DNA of 64,000 nucleotides from positions 352,001 to 416,000 of the forward strand of contig CAVWFS010000018.1 of NCBI GenBank assembly GCA_963754315.1, given 5' to 3'. Source of the DNA: an uncultured Candidatus Rokubacteria bacterium. Lineage in GTDB: Bacteria; Methylomirabilota; Methylomirabilia; Rokubacteriales; CSP1-6. Below are positions 30,690 to 39,435 of the stretch, piece after piece (within the stretch, counting starts at the first letter, position 1; every line of letters starts with the position of its first letter). The translations under genes were made by a program, and so were the position numbers. The notes below the pieces were generated by a model, which was not told the origin of the DNA, searched no databases, and worked only from the letters and a program-made list of their open reading frames with translations.

Positions 30690-30737
30690 TTGACGGTTTC
30701 TTGCCTTGCTCGCCCTGGGTCTTGATGGCGACCTGAC
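30690..30737 (+). promoter_or_regulatory. TTGAC-tetrad site A (11-21-11 spacing), putative KdpE box
   Basis: TTGAC 30690, TTGCC 30701, TTGAT 30722, CTGAC 30733; upstream of the ORF at 30779. Confidence 0.6.
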
Positions 30738-30778
30738 GTGCGTTCAACCCACACTTGTAATTGACTTGGGGGTTAGGA

Positions 30779-31204
30779 ATGTATCACGTCGGGAACTCGA
30801 GCGGGGCTCCACGGCCGTCATGGTGGAAGCTCTATGCGTTCGTCTTGGCCGCTCTCATGCTGGTCGCCCTTGTGGAGATGAAGGTGCCGGCTGGACCGGG
30901 GCACACCGGCATGCAGATCATCGCGGCCCTCATTCCCTTTGGCGCGATGGCGCTGTGGGTCCGTGCCAACAAGGTTGGGCTCGCGCTGGACGGCCGGCGC
31001 AGGGGAGACTGGCGCCGCGCCGCTCTGGAGGCCACCAGTCTCGCGTGGCCCGTGTCGGATGCCGACGAGACGGATCATGGCGATCGGCCGGCGGCCGGGA
31101 GCCTCGCGAAGCATCGAGGAGAGTCCACAAGAGGCAGGGGTATTCCTGATTTCCATCTGAGGGAGGTTAGCGATGAGCGCGGTGCTCTCGCGGTTCGTGG
31201 ATGA
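30779..31204 (+). CDS. Hypothetical two-TM membrane protein
   Basis: RPSWWKLYAFVLAALMLVALVE and ALIPFGAMALWVRAN hydrophobic segments; downstream of site A. Confidence 0.55.
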   Translation: MYHVGNSSGAPRPSWWKLYAFVLAALMLVALVEMKVPAGPGHTGMQIIAALIPFGAMALWVRANKVGLALDGRRRGDWRRAALEATSLAWPVSDADETDHGDRPAAGSLAKHRGESTRGRGIPDFHLREVSDERGALAVRG

Positions 31205-31703
31205 CGTTCCCGTGGTGCTCCACGCCGACCCGAACGCGGCAGGCCGGCCCGTGACGCGGGTAGGCGACATCATGACCTCTGTCCCCATCACGGCTGATGC
31301 TGCCATGTCCGTCGACGAGGCCGCGCGACTGATGCTTGAACACGGAGTCACCGGTCTCCCGGTCACGCAGGACGGGGCGGTGGTCGGCGTCATCACGCAG
31401 GCGGATCTCGTGGTGCGTCTGGTCCCACGAGGCCGTGTCTCGTGGTGGACGGTGTTCATCGACCACGAGCGCCTCGCCCGTGAGTGCCAGCAGGCGAGAG
31501 GGGCCACGGTCGGTGAGGTCATGAGTCGCCCTGCAGTGGTGGCCGCTGCCGATGATCCATTGGAGATGGCCGCCCGACTTCTCGAGGAGTATCGGATCGG
31601 TCGGCTGCCCGTGCTGGATCACGGCCGTCTGGTCGGCATCGTGACTCAGTCAGACTTACTGCGGGCGTTGGCTGGATCGCCGTCAACCTTGCCCAAAAGC
31701 TGA
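31173..31703 (+). CDS. CBS-domain (Bateman module) protein, copy 1
   Basis: VGDIMT, GLPV...VVGVITQADL, and IGRLPVLDHGRLVGIVTQSDLL; RBS GGAGG. Confidence 0.88.
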   Translation: MSAVLSRFVDDVPVVLHADPNAAGRPVTRVGDIMTSVPITADAAMSVDEAARLMLEHGVTGLPVTQDGAVVGVITQADLVVRLVPRGRVSWWTVFIDHERLARECQQARGATVGEVMSRPAVVAAADDPLEMAARLLEEYRIGRLPVLDHGRLVGIVTQSDLLRALAGSPSTLPKS

Positions 31704-31729
31704 CCCCAAGCCGCCCACCGGGGTTGGCC

Positions 31730-31777
31730 ATGACACGCTCTTGCCGCCCCGCCCCCTCATCTTGACGCTCTCTTAAC
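31730..31777 (+). promoter_or_regulatory. TTGAC-tetrad site B (11-21-11 spacing), putative KdpE box
   Basis: ATGAC 31730, TTGCC 31741, TTGAC 31762, TTAAC 31773; upstream of the ORF at 31838. Confidence 0.6.
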
Positions 31778-31837
31778 GCACTGCGGGCATCTCATGAGTC
31801 GATCGCGACCCGAGGGGACGCACGGGAGGGAACAGTC

Positions 31838-32059
31838 ATGACACTCGAACTGAGCCACGCGGAGACTGAACAGCTCCAGCACGCTCTGGGCGGCTATCTG
31901 TCGGAACTGCGAATGGAGATCGCCGACACCGACAGCTATGACTACCGCCAGAACCTCAAAGCCCGAAAGTCCGTGCTGAACGGAATTCTTGCGAAGCTGG
32001 CGGAGCCGTCGCACGGCTCGATCTTGGCGGTTCCTTGCCACACGGCGGCCTCTTCTTGA
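31838..32059 (+). CDS. Small hypothetical helical protein
   Basis: RBS GGGAGGG; amphipathic sequence YLSELRMEIADTDSYDYRQNLK. Confidence 0.65.
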   Translation: MTLELSHAETEQLQHALGGYLSELRMEIADTDSYDYRQNLKARKSVLNGILAKLAEPSHGSILAVPCHTAASS

Positions 32060-32071
32060 CGAAACCTTGAT
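32024..32071 (+). promoter_or_regulatory. TTGAC-tetrad site C (11-21-11 spacing), putative KdpE box for the CBS2-kdpFABC operon
   Basis: TTGGC 32024, TTGCC 32035, TTGAC 32056, TTGAT 32067. Confidence 0.62.
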
Positions 32072-32129
32072 GGCGTCTTGCGTCATTGTGCCTTTGCACC
32101 ACGGGGGCGCGACGAGGACGGTGACAGAC

Positions 32130-32639
32130 ATGCACGGGACACAAGCGGAAGCGCCAAGGAGTCCGATTGGCAGGTCGCTGATCGGGGACGTGATGACGCC
32201 AATGCCAGTCACTGTGGACACTGGGGCGTCTATTCTCGCCGCCGCGCGACTGATGCTGGGGCACGAGATCGGTGGCCTGCCTGTCTTGCGTCACGGCCTG
32301 GTGGCGGGCATCATCACGCGGACGGATCTTGTTGCGCGTCTGGTCCCGCGAGAGCGAGTCTGGTGGTGGAGGGCGTTCGCCGATCAGGAGCGCTTGACTC
32401 GCGAATGCCAACGGGCGGGGCAGATCACGGTCGGTCAGATCATGAGCCAACCCCCCGTCACCGCATATCCAGACGACACCATCGAGACGGCCGCGGGTCT
32501 TCTTCACCGCTATGGGATTGGCCGGTTGCCGGTGATGGACCACGACCGCCTGGTCGGCATCGTGACCAACTCCGACCTACTGCGGGCCCTCGTCCAAGGA
32601 TGTCCGGGTCTGGCGTCTGCAAACGGGAGGGTGCAATGA
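32130..32639 (+). CDS. CBS-domain protein, copy 2
   Basis: Paralog of copy 1, sharing L.RECQ, YGIGRLPV.DH.RLVGIVT.SDLLRAL. Confidence 0.85.
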   Translation: MHGTQAEAPRSPIGRSLIGDVMTPMPVTVDTGASILAAARLMLGHEIGGLPVLRHGLVAGIITRTDLVARLVPRERVWWWRAFADQERLTRECQRAGQITVGQIMSQPPVTAYPDDTIETAAGLLHRYGIGRLPVMDHDRLVGIVTNSDLLRALVQGCPGLASANGRVQ

Positions 32640-32719
32640 ACGACGTCCTCTACGTAGGTCTTGCGCTCGGCTTCTTTGCTCTGTCCTGGGCATTCATCAG
32701 GCTGTGTGACCGATTGTAG
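32636..32719 (+). CDS. 27-aa single-TM peptide upstream of kdpF (MNDVLYVGLALGFFALSWAFIRLCDRL)
   Basis: RBS GGGAGG; ATGA overlap with CBS copy 2; hydrophobic core; its stop runs into the kdpF RBS. Confidence 0.75.
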   Translation: MNDVLYVGLALGFFALSWAFIRLCDRL

Positions 32720-32728
32720 GAGGCCTCT

Positions 32729-32821
32729 ATGCCAATGCTCTACGTGGTCGGTGCGATCGTCTCACTCGGCCTGCTGGTCTATCTCGTGCTGGCTCTCCTG
32801 AAACCGGAGCTGTTCTCATGA
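32729..32821 (+). CDS. kdpF: K+-transporting ATPase subunit F
   Basis: [30 protein letters not shown] carries the YL..ALL.PE.F signature; ATGA overlap with kdpA. Confidence 0.9.
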   Translation: MPMLYVVGAIVSLGLLVYLVLALLKPELFS

Positions 32822-34623
32822 CTGCCAACGGATACTTCCAGCTCGCGTTCTACATCGTCGTCCTCCTGGTCCTCGCCAAGCCGCTCGGGGCCTACATGGC
32901 GCGGGTCTACGAGGGCCGGCGCTTGGCTCTCGAGCGTGTCTTCGGCTGGCTCGAACGGCTCATGTATCGGATCTGCGGGGTGGCTCCAGAGGTCGAGATG
33001 GGTTGGAAGGGCTATGCGATCGCGATGATGCTCTTCAACCTGGTCGGGCTCCTCGCCGTCTACCTGCTTCAGAGACTGCAGGGAGGTCTCCCTTTGAACC
33101 CGCAGGCCTTCGGCGCCGTCTCGGTGGACTCGTCCTTCAATACGGCCGTGAGCTTCGCCACCAACACGAATTGGCAGGGTTACGGCGGCGAAACAACGAT
33201 GAGCTACCTCACCCAGATGCTGGGTCTCACGGTCCAGAACTTCGTTTCCGCCGCCGCCGGCATGGCAACCTTGGCCGCGCTGATCCGTGGGCTGGCCCGT
33301 CGCTCCGCCCAGACGATCGGCAACTTCTGGGTGGATCTCACACGCACCACCCTCTACATTCTGCTGCCCCTGTCCTTCATCGGGGCCCTCGTCCTCGTCT
33401 CGCAGGGGGTGGTACAGAACTTCAGGTCCTACGAGAAGGCGGCCGTCCTTCAGCCCATCGAGTACGACGAGCCGGTCACCGATGATCAGGGCAAGCCGGT
33501 CTTGGACGAGAAGGGCCAGCCCAAGACCAAGAAAACCAAGCTGACCGAGCAGGTCATCGCGGTGGGACCGGCCGCGTCGCAGATCATGATCAAGCAGCTC
33601 GGCACGAACGGCGGCGGCTTCTTCAACGTTAACTCGGCGCACCCCTTCGAGAACGCCACGCCGCTCTCGAACTTCATCGAGCTGCTGGCGATCCTCGTGA
33701 TCTCGGGGGCGCTGTGCTACACCTTCGGAGTCATGGTCAAGGACACCCGGCAAGGATGGGTGATTCTGGCGGCCATGACGGCGATCTTCGTGGTGCTCCT
33801 GGCCGTATGCGTCATCGCCGAGCAGCGCGGTCACACTCTCGCCTACCTCGGCGTCGATCACGCCGCCACCGACCTTCAGGCGGGTGGCAACATGGAGGGC
33901 AAGGAAACCCGCTTCGGCATCGCCAACTCGGCGCTGTGGGCCACGGCCACCACCGCCGCCTCCAACGGCTCGGTGAACTCGATGCACGATTCTTACACTC
34001 CCATTGGCGGCCTGGTCCCGATGTGGCTGATGCAGCTCGGCGAGGTCGTCTTCGGGGGCGTGGGCTCCGGCCTCTACGGGATGATCGTGTTCGCCATCAT
34101 CGCCGTCTTTGTGGCGGGCCTGATGGTGGGCCGCACACCCGAGTACCTGGGCAAGAAGATCGAGGCCTACGAGATGAAAATGGCTTCGCTCGTTATCCTG
34201 ATTCCGCCGGCGATCGTGCTGATCGGGGCAGCCGTCGGGGTCGTGGCGCCGGGGGGCAGGGCGACGATCTTCAACCCAGGCGCCCACGGCTTCAGCGAGG
34301 TGCTCTACGCGTTCTCGTCGGCCGGCAACAACAACGGCAGCGCCTTCGCCGGCCTTGGCGCCAACACACCCTTCTACAACACCGCGCTCGGCTTCGCCAT
34401 GCTGTTCGCGCGGTACTGGCTGGCCATTCCTACCCTCGCGATCGCGGGGTCCCTGGCTCAGAAGAAGATCGTGCCGGCCGGCGCCGGCACCTTGCCGACA
34501 CACACGCCCCTGTTTGCGACCCTGCTGGTCGGGGTAGTGGTGCTCGTGGGAGCCCTGACGTTCATCCCGGCGCTGGCGCTGGGGCCGATCGTGGAGCACC
34601 TCACCATGGTCGGAGCCAAGTGA
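32818..34623 (+). CDS. kdpA: K+-transporting ATPase subunit A
   Basis: [36 protein letters not shown] and NNGSAFAG motifs. Confidence 0.97.
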   Translation: MTANGYFQLAFYIVVLLVLAKPLGAYMARVYEGRRLALERVFGWLERLMYRICGVAPEVEMGWKGYAIAMMLFNLVGLLAVYLLQRLQGGLPLNPQAFGAVSVDSSFNTAVSFATNTNWQGYGGETTMSYLTQMLGLTVQNFVSAAAGMATLAALIRGLARRSAQTIGNFWVDLTRTTLYILLPLSFIGALVLVSQGVVQNFRSYEKAAVLQPIEYDEPVTDDQGKPVLDEKGQPKTKKTKLTEQVIAVGPAASQIMIKQLGTNGGGFFNVNSAHPFENATPLSNFIELLAILVISGALCYTFGVMVKDTRQGWVILAAMTAIFVVLLAVCVIAEQRGHTLAYLGVDHAATDLQAGGNMEGKETRFGIANSALWATATTAASNGSVNSMHDSYTPIGGLVPMWLMQLGEVVFGGVGSGLYGMIVFAIIAVFVAGLMVGRTPEYLGKKIEAYEMKMASLVILIPPAIVLIGAAVGVVAPGGRATIFNPGAHGFSEVLYAFSSAGNNNGSAFAGLGANTPFYNTALGFAMLFARYWLAIPTLAIAGSLAQKKIVPAGAGTLPTHTPLFATLLVGVVVLVGALTFIPALALGPIVEHLTMVGAK

Positions 34624-34634
34624 GGTCGACTCTG

Positions 34635-36704
34635 ATGATTGAAAGCAAGAAGCGTCCTCTGTTCGATCGCGCGATCCTGTGGCAGGCGGTGCTCGACTCG
34701 TTCGGCAAGCTGACGCCGCAGCGCCAGGTTCGGAATCCCGTGATGTTCGTAGTCTACGTCGGATCGATCCTGACCACCTTGCTGTGGTTCCAGGCGCTCG
34801 TCGGCCGTGGAGAAGCGCCGGCCGGCTTCATCTTTGCGGTATCAATCTGGCTCTGGTTCACCGTGCTCTTCGCGAACTTTGCCGAGGCCATGGCCGAGGG
34901 GCGGGGGAAGGCGCAGGCGGAGTCGCTGCGCAAGGCGCGCCGGGAGGTCCAGGCCAAGCGCCTGGCGAGTGCCCATCGCGGAGCCCCGGTCACGATGGTT
35001 CCCGCCACGTCGCTGCGCAAGGGAGACGTCTTCCTGGTGGAGGCTGGCGATGTCATCCCGGCCGATGGCGAGATCCTCGAAGGCGTCGCCTCGGTCAACG
35101 AGAGCGCGATCACGGGCGAGAGCGCGCCCGTCATCCGGGAAGCCGGCGGTGACCGCAGCTCGGTCACCGGGGGCACCCTCGTGCTCTCCGACTGGCTGAT
35201 CGTGCGGGTGATCGCGAATCCCGGTGAGGCGTTTCTCGATCGCATGATCGCGCTGGTCGAGGGGGCCAAGCGCCAGAAGACTCCGAACGAGATCGCGCTC
35301 GACATCTTGCTGGCCGGTCTGACCATCATCTTCCTGCTGGCCACGGCCACCCTCCTTCCCTACTCGATCTACAGCGTCCAGACGGCTGGACAGGGAACTC
35401 CGGTGACGGTCACGGTACTGGTCGCCCTGCTGGTGTGCCTGATCCCGACGACCATCGGGGCGTTGTTGTCCGCCATCGGTATCGCGGGGATGGATCGCAT
35501 GATCCAGGCCAACGTCATCGCCACCTCGGGCCGCGCGGTCGAGGCGGCCGGCGACGTGGATGTGCTCCTCCTCGACAAGACGGGCACCATCACACTTGGC
35601 AACCGACAGGCCACCGCCTTTCTCCCGGCCCACGGGGTCACCGAGCAAGCCCTGGCCGATGCCGCCCAGCTCTCCTCCCTGTCGGACGAGACGCCGGAAG
35701 GGCGGTCCATCGTTGTTCTGGCCAAAGAGAAGTACGGCATCCGCGAGCGTGATGTCGAGAAGCTGGGCGCCAAGTTCATCGCCTTCACGGCCCAGACGCG
35801 CATGAGCGGGGTGGACCTCAACGGGCACCAAATCCGCAAGGGAGCCCCGGACGCCATCGAGGCGCACGTCGCCCGCCTGGGTGGCGAGTATTCGGTCACC
35901 GTGCGTGCGCTGGTGGAGAGCATCGCCAAGGGTGGGGCGACCCCCTTGGCGGTGGCCGATGGACCGAACGTTCTGGGCGTCATTCAGCTGAAGGACATCG
36001 TCAAGGGCGGCATCAGCGAACGCTTCGCCGAGCTTCGTCGTATGGGCATCAAGACCGTCATGATCACCGGCGACAACCCACTCACGGCAGCGGCCATCGC
36101 CGCCGAGGCCGGGGTGGACGACTTTCTCGCGGAGGCGACGCCGGAGGCCAAGCTCAAGTTGATCCGGGATCTGCAGGCCGAGGGTCGCCTGGTCGCCATG
36201 ACCGGCGACGGAACAAACGACGCGCCGGCGCTGGCCCAGGCCGACGTGGCGGTGGCCATGAACAGCGGGACCCAGGCCGCCAAAGAGGCCGGCAACATGG
36301 TCGACCTCGACTCGAATCCAACGAAATTGCTGGAGGTGGTCGAGACGGGCAAGCAGATGCTGATGACGCGCGGGGCGCTCACGACCTTCAGTATCGCCAA
36401 CGATGTGGCCAAGTACTTCGCCATCATTCCGGCGGCGTTTGCGACGACCTATCCCGCTCTGGCCGCGCTCAACATCATGCACCTCGCCACGCCCCACAGC
36501 GCCATCCTGTCGGCGGTGATCTTCAACGCGCTGATCATCGTCGCGCTCATCCCGCTCGCGCTGCGCGGGGTGCGTTACCGGTCCATCGGGGCCAGCGCGC
36601 TCCTGCGTCGTCACCTGTGGATCTACGGCGTGGGAGGCATCATCGTTCCGTTCATCGGGATCAAGGCGATCGACATGCTGCTGGTCGCTCTCGGACTGGT
36701 CTGA
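34635..36704 (+). CDS. kdpB: K+-transporting ATPase subunit B
   Basis: TGES, DKTGT phosphorylation site, [10 protein letters not shown]. Confidence 0.97.
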   Translation: MIESKKRPLFDRAILWQAVLDSFGKLTPQRQVRNPVMFVVYVGSILTTLLWFQALVGRGEAPAGFIFAVSIWLWFTVLFANFAEAMAEGRGKAQAESLRKARREVQAKRLASAHRGAPVTMVPATSLRKGDVFLVEAGDVIPADGEILEGVASVNESAITGESAPVIREAGGDRSSVTGGTLVLSDWLIVRVIANPGEAFLDRMIALVEGAKRQKTPNEIALDILLAGLTIIFLLATATLLPYSIYSVQTAGQGTPVTVTVLVALLVCLIPTTIGALLSAIGIAGMDRMIQANVIATSGRAVEAAGDVDVLLLDKTGTITLGNRQATAFLPAHGVTEQALADAAQLSSLSDETPEGRSIVVLAKEKYGIRERDVEKLGAKFIAFTAQTRMSGVDLNGHQIRKGAPDAIEAHVARLGGEYSVTVRALVESIAKGGATPLAVADGPNVLGVIQLKDIVKGGISERFAELRRMGIKTVMITGDNPLTAAAIAAEAGVDDFLAEATPEAKLKLIRDLQAEGRLVAMTGDGTNDAPALAQADVAVAMNSGTQAAKEAGNMVDLDSNPTKLLEVVETGKQMLMTRGALTTFSIANDVAKYFAIIPAAFATTYPALAALNIMHLATPHSAILSAVIFNALIIVALIPLALRGVRYRSIGASALLRRHLWIYGVGGIIVPFIGIKAIDMLLVALGLV

Positions 36705-36719
36705 GAAAGGAGTCGTGAC

Positions 36720-37289
36720 ATGCTGGCCTATCTGCGACCGGCCATTCTCATGACCCTCGTGATGACCGTGCTCACGGGGCTCATCTACCCGCTGGTCGTC
36801 ACCGGAATCGCTCAGGTTCTTTTCCCCCGGCAGGCTAACGGGAGCCTGATCATCAAGGATGGCAAAGTGGTGGGCTCCTCGCTCATCGGACAGCCCTTCG
36901 ATGACCCTCGGTACTTCTGGAGTCGCCCCTCGGCCACCTCGCCCTTTCCGTACAATGCGGCGGCCTCGTCCGGCTCGAATCTGGGCCCGACCAACCCCGC
37001 CCTCCACGACGCAGTGAAGGCGCGCGTGGAGGCGCTGCGGGCGGCGGATCCCGGCAATACCACTCCGGTCCCGGTCGATCTCGTGACGGCGTCCGGGAGC
37101 GGGCTCGATCCGCACATCAGCCCTGCCGGGGCCTTGTACCAGGTCCGGCGGGTGGCCAAGGCTCGTGGGCTCGGCGAAGAAGCCGTGCGTGCGCTGGTGG
37201 AGCAGCACATCGAAGGCCGCCAGCTCGGCTTTCTCGGCGAGCCGCGCGTGAACGTACTGGCGCTGAATCACGCCCTCGATGCCCGGTGA
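36720..37289 (+). CDS. kdpC: K+-transporting ATPase subunit C
   Basis: [15 protein letters not shown] and [15 protein letters not shown] motifs. Confidence 0.97.
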   Translation: MLAYLRPAILMTLVMTVLTGLIYPLVVTGIAQVLFPRQANGSLIIKDGKVVGSSLIGQPFDDPRYFWSRPSATSPFPYNAAASSGSNLGPTNPALHDAVKARVEALRAADPGNTTPVPVDLVTASGSGLDPHISPAGALYQVRRVAKARGLGEEAVRALVEQHIEGRQLGFLGEPRVNVLALNHALDAR

Positions 37290-37350
37290 CCCGACGGCGC
37301 ACACTCGTCGAAGCGCCCTCCTTCGTCTCCCCATGAGACGACGACCAAGC

Positions 37351-37398
37351 GTCAACGCGGCGTCAAGAGGTGTTGTTGTTACGTCAAGGTGAAGTCAA
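37351..37398 (-). promoter_or_regulatory. TTGAC-tetrad site E (11-21-11 spacing) on the minus strand, pointing into the kdpC 3' end
   Basis: GTCAA on + at 37351, 37362, 37383 and 37394, i.e. four perfect TTGAC on the minus strand. Confidence 0.62.
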
Positions 37399-37525
37399 GC
37401 CCAGTCGCAGCATTCGACGATCACCTGCGACCTGCGACGGTTCGCTCCTCACCGCTGCGCGGGGAGCCCGTGCCTTTCGCGCTGCGCGAAAACGTGGTGA
37501 GCGTGAAGCGTCCGAACTCGTCTTC

Positions 37526-37759
37526 TTACTTTGCCACAGAAGGAGGGGCGACCATGAAGCCGACCACGATCGCAAACCCGAGGATCACGGCCGCCATGAT
37601 GATGGCGATCCCGAGATTCCCCTTTCTGAGTTCCTCCCACTCGTCTACGGGTGTGAGCCACGTGAAGACTTTTAGCAAGATCCAAAGGGAAACGGCCATC
37701 GTCACGGCACCCACGATCCCCCAACCAAAGGTCTTCAGATAGTCAAGCAACAACTCCAT
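37526..37759 (-). CDS. DUF350-like small membrane protein
   Basis: Two TM segments flanking LTPVDEWEELRKGNLGIAI; RBS GGGAGGG. Confidence 0.8.
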   Translation of the reverse strand: MELLLDYLKTFGWGIVGAVTMAVSLWILLKVFTWLTPVDEWEELRKGNLGIAIIMAAVILGFAIVVGFMVAPPSVAK

Positions 37760-37888
37760 GCCACCCTCCCTGCGCGCGCCTCACTCGAGGTGCTCCGCGA
37801 TCCGCCACGGCGGTTACGTGGTCTGAATGGCCGAGAGTCCCACCACGACCACGAGGGTTCGACGGTTCCTGGAAGCACCTCCAACACC

Positions 37889-37916
37889 GTATTGTACCCG
37901 CGGTATTGTACCCGCG
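37889..37916. repeat. Perfect 14-bp tandem duplication (GTATTGTACCCGCG x2)
   Basis: Read directly at 37889-37902 and 37903-37916. Confidence 0.9.
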
Positions 37917-38033
37917 CGCCCGAGGAGCCGACGGGGGCGCTCTCGCCGGAGGCTGCGACTGAGCATGGGTGCGACGGGCGGTGCGCTCCGCTGGCCACGA
38001 GCCGGAGCATCCCGCAATCGCTCAAGACCCGTC

Positions 38034-38081
38034 CTGACTTTTCCTTGACGTGAAGTGCCGCGAGTTTGACGGCAGCTTGAC
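38034..38081 (+). promoter_or_regulatory. TTGAC-tetrad site D (11-21-11 spacing) upstream of argB
   Basis: CTGAC 38034, TTGAC 38045, TTGAC 38066, TTGAC 38077. Confidence 0.65.
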
Positions 38082-38121
38082 CTCATGCGCCCGTCTTATG
38101 GGGGGTGAGGAGAACGGTGCG

Positions 38122-39012
38122 ATGATCAAGATTGCCACGGAGCCGAATTCACTCGACCAGCGAAGGGTTGGTGTCATGCTGAGCGGGCTCAATTATCTGA
38201 GCCTGTGGCGCGACCGAACCGTAGTGATCAAGTACGGCGGCGCCGCGATGGGACGTGACGAGCTCCGGACATCCTTTGCCCGGGACGTGGCGCGTCTTCG
38301 CGCCGCAGGCGTCCATCCCGTCATCGTCCACGGCGGAGGGCCCCAAATCGACACCCTCATGCGACGCCTCGGCAAGACTCCGCGCTTCGTCGATGGCCTC
38401 CGCGTGACCGACGACGAGACGATGGAGCTGGTGGAGATGGTTCTGGTGGGTCGCATCAACCCCGAGATCGTGGGGCTTATCAACCAGCACGGCGGCCACG
38501 CGATCGGTCTCAACGGCAAGGACTCCGATCTGATCGTCGCCCACCCGCGGCCGCACCGGCTGCCCAATGGCGAGAGCGTGGACCTGGGGTTCGTCGGCGA
38601 CGTCGAGTCGATCAATCCGGATCCGCTCCGGCTTCTCGATGGGCACGGCTTCATCCCCGTCATCGCCCCCATCGCGACCGGGCGTGACGGGGCAACCTAC
38701 AACGTCAACGCGGATCACGTGGCCGGCATGGTCGCGGCGGCCCTTGGCGCGGCGGTCTTTCTCCAGCTCACGGATGTTCCCGGCATCCTCGACCGCGAGG
38801 GCCACGCGCTCGACGTCGTGAGCCGGCGGGACCTCGAGCGTCTGGTGCGCGAGCGCGTGGTCGACGGCGGCATGCTGCCGAAGATCGATGCGGCCATGAG
38901 CGCGCTCGAGGGCGGCGTGGCCCGGGTGCGGATCATCGACGGGCGGCGACCGCACGCGGTTGTCCTGGCGCTGCTCGCGGGCGAGGGCTTCGGCACGGAG
39001 GTCGTCCGGTGA
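38122..39012 (+). CDS. argB: Acetylglutamate kinase
   Basis: VVIKYGGAAM, VHGGGPQI, GLRVTD, YNVNAD and GGMLPK motifs; RBS GAGGAG. Confidence 0.93.
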   Translation: MIKIATEPNSLDQRRVGVMLSGLNYLSLWRDRTVVIKYGGAAMGRDELRTSFARDVARLRAAGVHPVIVHGGGPQIDTLMRRLGKTPRFVDGLRVTDDETMELVEMVLVGRINPEIVGLINQHGGHAIGLNGKDSDLIVAHPRPHRLPNGESVDLGFVGDVESINPDPLRLLDGHGFIPVIAPIATGRDGATYNVNADHVAGMVAAALGAAVFLQLTDVPGILDREGHALDVVSRRDLERLVRERVVDGGMLPKIDAAMSALEGGVARVRIIDGRRPHAVVLALLAGEGFGTEVVR

Positions 39013-39435
39013 GCGCAACGCTGAACGGCGGGCCTGCCGAGTACATGAGGCCTTCGCCCTAGAGTGGTCCGCGACGACAGCATCGGCACTCGATTCGCCC
39101 AATCATGGGGTGGACGCCAGCAGGCTAGGACGACTGTGTTACCAAGCTCGCCCTGAGCTCCTGACGCGTCAACCGAGCCTGCCTCGGCAAGGGAGAGAGG
39201 ATCACTCTCTCGAGGGCGAATCAAGAGGTCGAGTTCGTGGGCCGCGCCTGGTGAGGACTGTAAGAAGGGATCGGGGAAGCGGGGGCGAACCGCGCGGTCG
39301 ACGCTGACGAACTGGGCGCGACGGAGCGACCAGGTCCTGGCGAGGAGGAGGCGGACGGTCCTTCACAATCGTCCGAGCAACTCGCGTGGCAAGCGAGCGG
39401 CGTAGAATAGAGGCCGCTGAGCGGAGGCTTCCGTC

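Noticed and set aside
31146..31161. CTGAT/CTGAG pair 11 bp apart before CBS copy 1
   Set aside because: Only two weak half-sites, too close to the RBS, and without the 11-21-11 pattern.
30604..32130. c-di-AMP (ydaO) riboswitch upstream of the kdp genes
   Set aside because: I could not find its conserved sequence blocks by eye; a covariance-model scan would be needed.
33430..33550. Charged insertion in KdpA ([22 protein letters not shown])
   Set aside because: I recall similar periplasmic loop insertions in other KdpA proteins; not clearly novel.
37117..37302. 61-aa minus-strand ORF downstream of site E as a protein
   Set aside because: Arg/Pro-rich, almost entirely overlaps kdpC, and the RBS spacing is long.
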